This document shows positions 33,713 through 36,465 of a DNA stretch of 36,465 bases, one piece after another. Source of the DNA: a virus (Duplodnaviria; Caudoviricetes). The stretch is taken from positions 1-36,465 of IMG/VR virus record IMGVR_UViG_3300022181_000006, one strand, 5' to 3'. The number at the start of each line of letters is the position of its first letter. The first letter of the stretch is position 1. A program made the translations under genes and the position numbers. The notes under the pieces are model-generated. The model was not told the DNA's origin. It saw nothing but the letters and a program-made list of their open reading frames with translations, and ran no database searches.

Positions 33713-36465
33713 TGGCCGGCGACATGGACGATAAATCCCTCATTCCCGTTCCCCCCGGGCACCTGCGGGTGGTGTGCGTCGATCACCCGTTCCGGAGATC
33801 GGAGCGGCGCATCGACCTCATCGAGTGGAAGCCGGGCATGACCCTGGCCTGCGTGGTCGATGCCCATGTGCCGGAAGGTCTCCCGGTCAAAGTCTTCCTC
33901 GACGGCGTGGAAATCGCCCCCGGGGACCGCGCCCGGGTTTATCCCATGCCCGGCAGGCAGGTGCTCATCGTCCCGGAGCTGGGCTTCGACGACGGATTCA
34001 AGGGCATCCTGCGGTTCATCCTCCAGATCGCCCTCGTGGCCGCGGGCTTTATCATGCAGGCGATGGGCGTGCCGGGCTGGCTCATTTTCGGAACCATGCT
34101 CGTGGGCGGCATCCTCATCAACGTCCTGCTTCCTCCCCAGGCCCCCAAACAGGCCGATACCGCCCTCGACAGCCAGGCCTACAACTGGGCGCCCCAGAAC
34201 ACCGAGCAGCAGGGAGTCCCGGTCCCGCGCTGGTACGGCAAAAACCGCATCTACGGCAATATCGTTGCAAGCCACATCGAAAACCGCGACTCAACCCAGA
34301 TTCTCAACGCCCTCATCTGCCTGGGGCTCGGCCCGGTGAAAAGCCTCGGGGATTTCCGCATAAACGACCAGGCGGTCAAGCACTTCAAGGCCGTCCACGT
34401 GCGCGCCCGCTACGGCCGCCTCAACCAGGAACCCATCGCCGACTTCAAAAAGACCAAGATCGAATACCCCGCCTCGGTCAAGGTGGTTTACGGCTCCCCG
34501 TACACCTACACGACCGTCGGAAACGATTTCGACGCCCTGGAAGTCGATATCTCCTTTCCCGAAGGGCTCTGGCATTACCCGCCCGAAAGCTCGGGTCTCG
34601 AAGGCTTCGCCGTCCGGTTCCAGGTCGCGGTGCGAAAGGTCGGAACCTCCGAGTGGCATCACATCGCCCGGCAGCCCTCGGATGTTGCCGGCTACAACAA
34701 GGTGTTCGTCTCAACGGCCCGCTGGTCCCTGGGCAAATGGGTGGACCCGGGAGCCGATCCCGACTGGACGGGGCACGAAGGGGCGGACGTCTGGTTTGAG
34801 AACCTCGCCGGAACGTCCGGGTTCTACGACCACTACGAAGGGGAGGTCTACCCCGACCAGACCGAGCTGTTCTGGCACTGGATCGGAGACGACGGCGGCG
34901 AGTACGTCGCCACGTCGACCGATACCTACGAGGTCTGGCAGGATTATTTCGACGCCTTCGGCCAGAGCGAGAAGCCCAGGCACTGGACCATGCGCTACAA
35001 GGTGCCGGACGGCCAAAAGGGGCAATACCAGGTCCGGGTGACGCGGGTGACTCCCACGGCCACGCCCCAGAACCGGTACGGCCAGGACATGTACTTTGCA
35101 GGCGTCGCCGAGGTGCTGTGCGACCCGTTCGAATACCCCCGGCACGTGCTCGTGGCCGTGAGCGCCCGGGCAACGGATCAGCTCTCGGGGTCGCTTCGGT
35201 TTTCGTGCGTTGGAGAGATGGCCGTGGTGCGGGTCTATGACGGATCGAGCTGGAGCATCGAGTACTCGACCAACCCCGCCTGGGTCGCCTACGACATCCT
35301 GAGCCAGCCCGTGATCGGGGGCGCCGGCACGGAGGCCAATCCCTACGCGGTCCTTCGATACGACGGTTTGCCTCCCGAGCGCCTCGATGCGCCGAAATTC
35401 CTGGAGTGGGCGCAGTATTGCGACCAGAAGGTGAGCGACGGCACGGGATCGCCCTTCAGCACGGCCATCGCCTACGCCGTGGACGACCGGGTGCGCTACG
35501 CGGGCCGGATCTATAAGTGCATCCAGGCCACCGCGGTGCCTTCGCCCCCTCCCACGGACACGGCCTACTGGGCGATAACCAACGAAGGGCTTGAAAAGCG
35601 CATCACCTTCAACGGCGGCTTCGACTACGACACGTCCATGTGGGAGGCCGTGGCCAGGGTCTGCCAGGTGGGCCGCGCAATCCCCGTCTGGAACGGCTCG
35701 AAGCTCACCGTCGCCATCGATAAGCCCGCCGATCCCGTGAACCTCTACACGGTGGGAAACATCGAGGAGTCCAAATTCCGGGAAATCTTCCTGCCGCTCG
35801 AGGAGCGGGCGACGGAAATCGAGGTCGATTTCATCGACGGCGAAACCTGGGAACGGGACAAGCTCACGGTCTACCGGCCCGACATCGCGCGATCGACCGG
35901 GTACCGGGCGGCGATCGAGCTCTTCGGAGTGACGAAGCGAAGCGAGGCGTGGCGCGCGGGCATGTTCCGGCTCATGTGCAACAAGTATTTGATCCGCACC
36001 GTGGAGCTCGATCTCGACGTCGAAGCCGTGAACGCGGACATAGGAGACGTGGTCCACATCCAGCACGACGTGCCCCAGTGGGGCGAAGGGGGCAGGATCG
36101 CCCCGGTCCTTTCCTTCACCTCCGGAGGCCCGTATGAAATCAAGCCGGGAGACACCGTCATCGGGGGAACCTCCTGGGCCACGGCGCGGGTCGCGGCCGT
36201 CGAGACGACGTCCGGGTCCTGGGCCGCCGGCACGGCCGCCGGCCGCCTCACCCTGGCCGAGCAGACCGGGAACTTCGTCGCCGAGGAACTCAACGTGCTT
36301 GAAAACTTCGACGTGGCCACGGTCATCGCCTCCCGTGTGACCCTGGACAAGGCGGTGAGCATCGAGGCCGGGCTCACCTACAAGGTGATCGCGCGGCTCT
36401 CAGACGACGCCCTTGCCGAGCGGATCGTAACCAGTGAGCCCGGATCGCACGAGACCCTTGCCGTT
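33712..36465 (+). CDS. tail tip protein, gpI-gpJ-like fusion (host specificity), truncated by window end
   Basis: frame from ATG 33712 appears open to the window edge (hence absent from the ORF track); PVPRWYGKNRIYGN, YSTNPAWVAYDIL, WAQYCDQKVSDG, GDVVHIQHD..GGRI. Confidence 0.9.
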   Translation, partial: MAGDMDDKSLIPVPPGHLRVVCVDHPFRRSERRIDLIEWKPGMTLACVVDAHVPEGLPVKVFLDGVEIAPGDRARVYPMPGRQVLIVPELGFDDGFKGILRFILQIALVAAGFIMQAMGVPGWLIFGTMLVGGILINVLLPPQAPKQADTALDSQAYNWAPQNTEQQGVPVPRWYGKNRIYGNIVASHIENRDSTQILNALICLGLGPVKSLGDFRINDQAVKHFKAVHVRARYGRLNQEPIADFKKTKIEYPASVKVVYGSPYTYTTVGNDFDALEVDISFPEGLWHYPPESSGLEGFAVRFQVAVRKVGTSEWHHIARQPSDVAGYNKVFVSTARWSLGKWVDPGADPDWTGHEGADVWFENLAGTSGFYDHYEGEVYPDQTELFWHWIGDDGGEYVATSTDTYEVWQDYFDAFGQSEKPRHWTMRYKVPDGQKGQYQVRVTRVTPTATPQNRYGQDMYFAGVAEVLCDPFEYPRHVLVAVSARATDQLSGSLRFSCVGEMAVVRVYDGSSWSIEYSTNPAWVAYDILSQPVIGGAGTEANPYAVLRYDGLPPERLDAPKFLEWAQYCDQKVSDGTGSPFSTAIAYAVDDRVRYAGRIYKCIQATAVPSPPPTDTAYWAITNEGLEKRITFNGGFDYDTSMWEAVARVCQVGRAIPVWNGSKLTVAIDKPADPVNLYTVGNIEESKFREIFLPLEERATEIEVDFIDGETWERDKLTVYRPDIARSTGYRAAIELFGVTKRSEAWRAGMFRLMCNKYLIRTVELDLDVEAVNADIGDVVHIQHDVPQWGEGGRIAPVLSFTSGGPYEIKPGDTVIGGTSWATARVAAVETTSGSWAAGTAAGRLTLAEQTGNFVAEELNVLENFDVATVIASRVTLDKAVSIEAGLTYKVIARLSDDALAERIVTSEPGSHETLAV

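Larger units (their letters stand above)
2470..36465. mobile_element. Mu-like transposable prophage with siphovirus (lambda-like) tail; left boundary uncertain, right part outside window
   Basis: repressor-ner-MuA-MuB-gemA-gam-lysis-terminase-portal-MuF-G-I-T order; tail tube without sheath, tape measure, M/L/K/J. Left limit could be anywhere from before base 1 to about 5370. Confidence 0.9.

Noticed and set aside
33774-34799. 341-aa plus-strand ORF
   Set aside because: Off-frame shadow of the I-J gene that starts at 33712.
34711-36066. Long minus-strand ORFs (451 aa here; also 11472-12605, 17896-19008, 24938-25951, 30338-31534)
   Set aside because: Antisense shadows of GC-rich plus-strand genes with no recognisable motifs.

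Overview
Most of this window (about 5.4 kb to the right edge) is a Mu-like transposable prophage with a lambda-like non-contractile tail. Rz/Rz1 spanins indicate a diderm host. Gene order: leftward CI-type repressor, divergent sigma70 promoter, CII/Ner-like HTHs, four orphan genes, MuA transposase, MuB ATPase, semi-essential region (GemA, Gam, HTH-HD fusion), structured 410-bp leader, lysis cassette, terminase/portal/MuF/G/I/T head genes, tail tube, frameshifted chaperone, tape measure, M/L/K, and an I-J tip fusion that runs off the window. Left of the repressor are leftward accessory genes: two lipoproteins, a fused DNA methyltransferase-Mrr-like nuclease, and an AT-rich coupled three-gene operon ending in an HNH nuclease. 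The most striking unexplained items are: (1) a 50-aa gene missing from the ORF track, coupled to the tail-tip gene, that copies the C-terminal motif of the tape measure protein; (2) a MuF protein with a C-terminal HExxH domain facing a convergent small gene with its own apparently leaderless promoter; (3) the three-gene HNH operon, a candidate defence system; (4) two highly structured palindromic elements in the tail operon. All calls come from reading motifs and synteny by eye; no searches were run. The prophage left end was not located.
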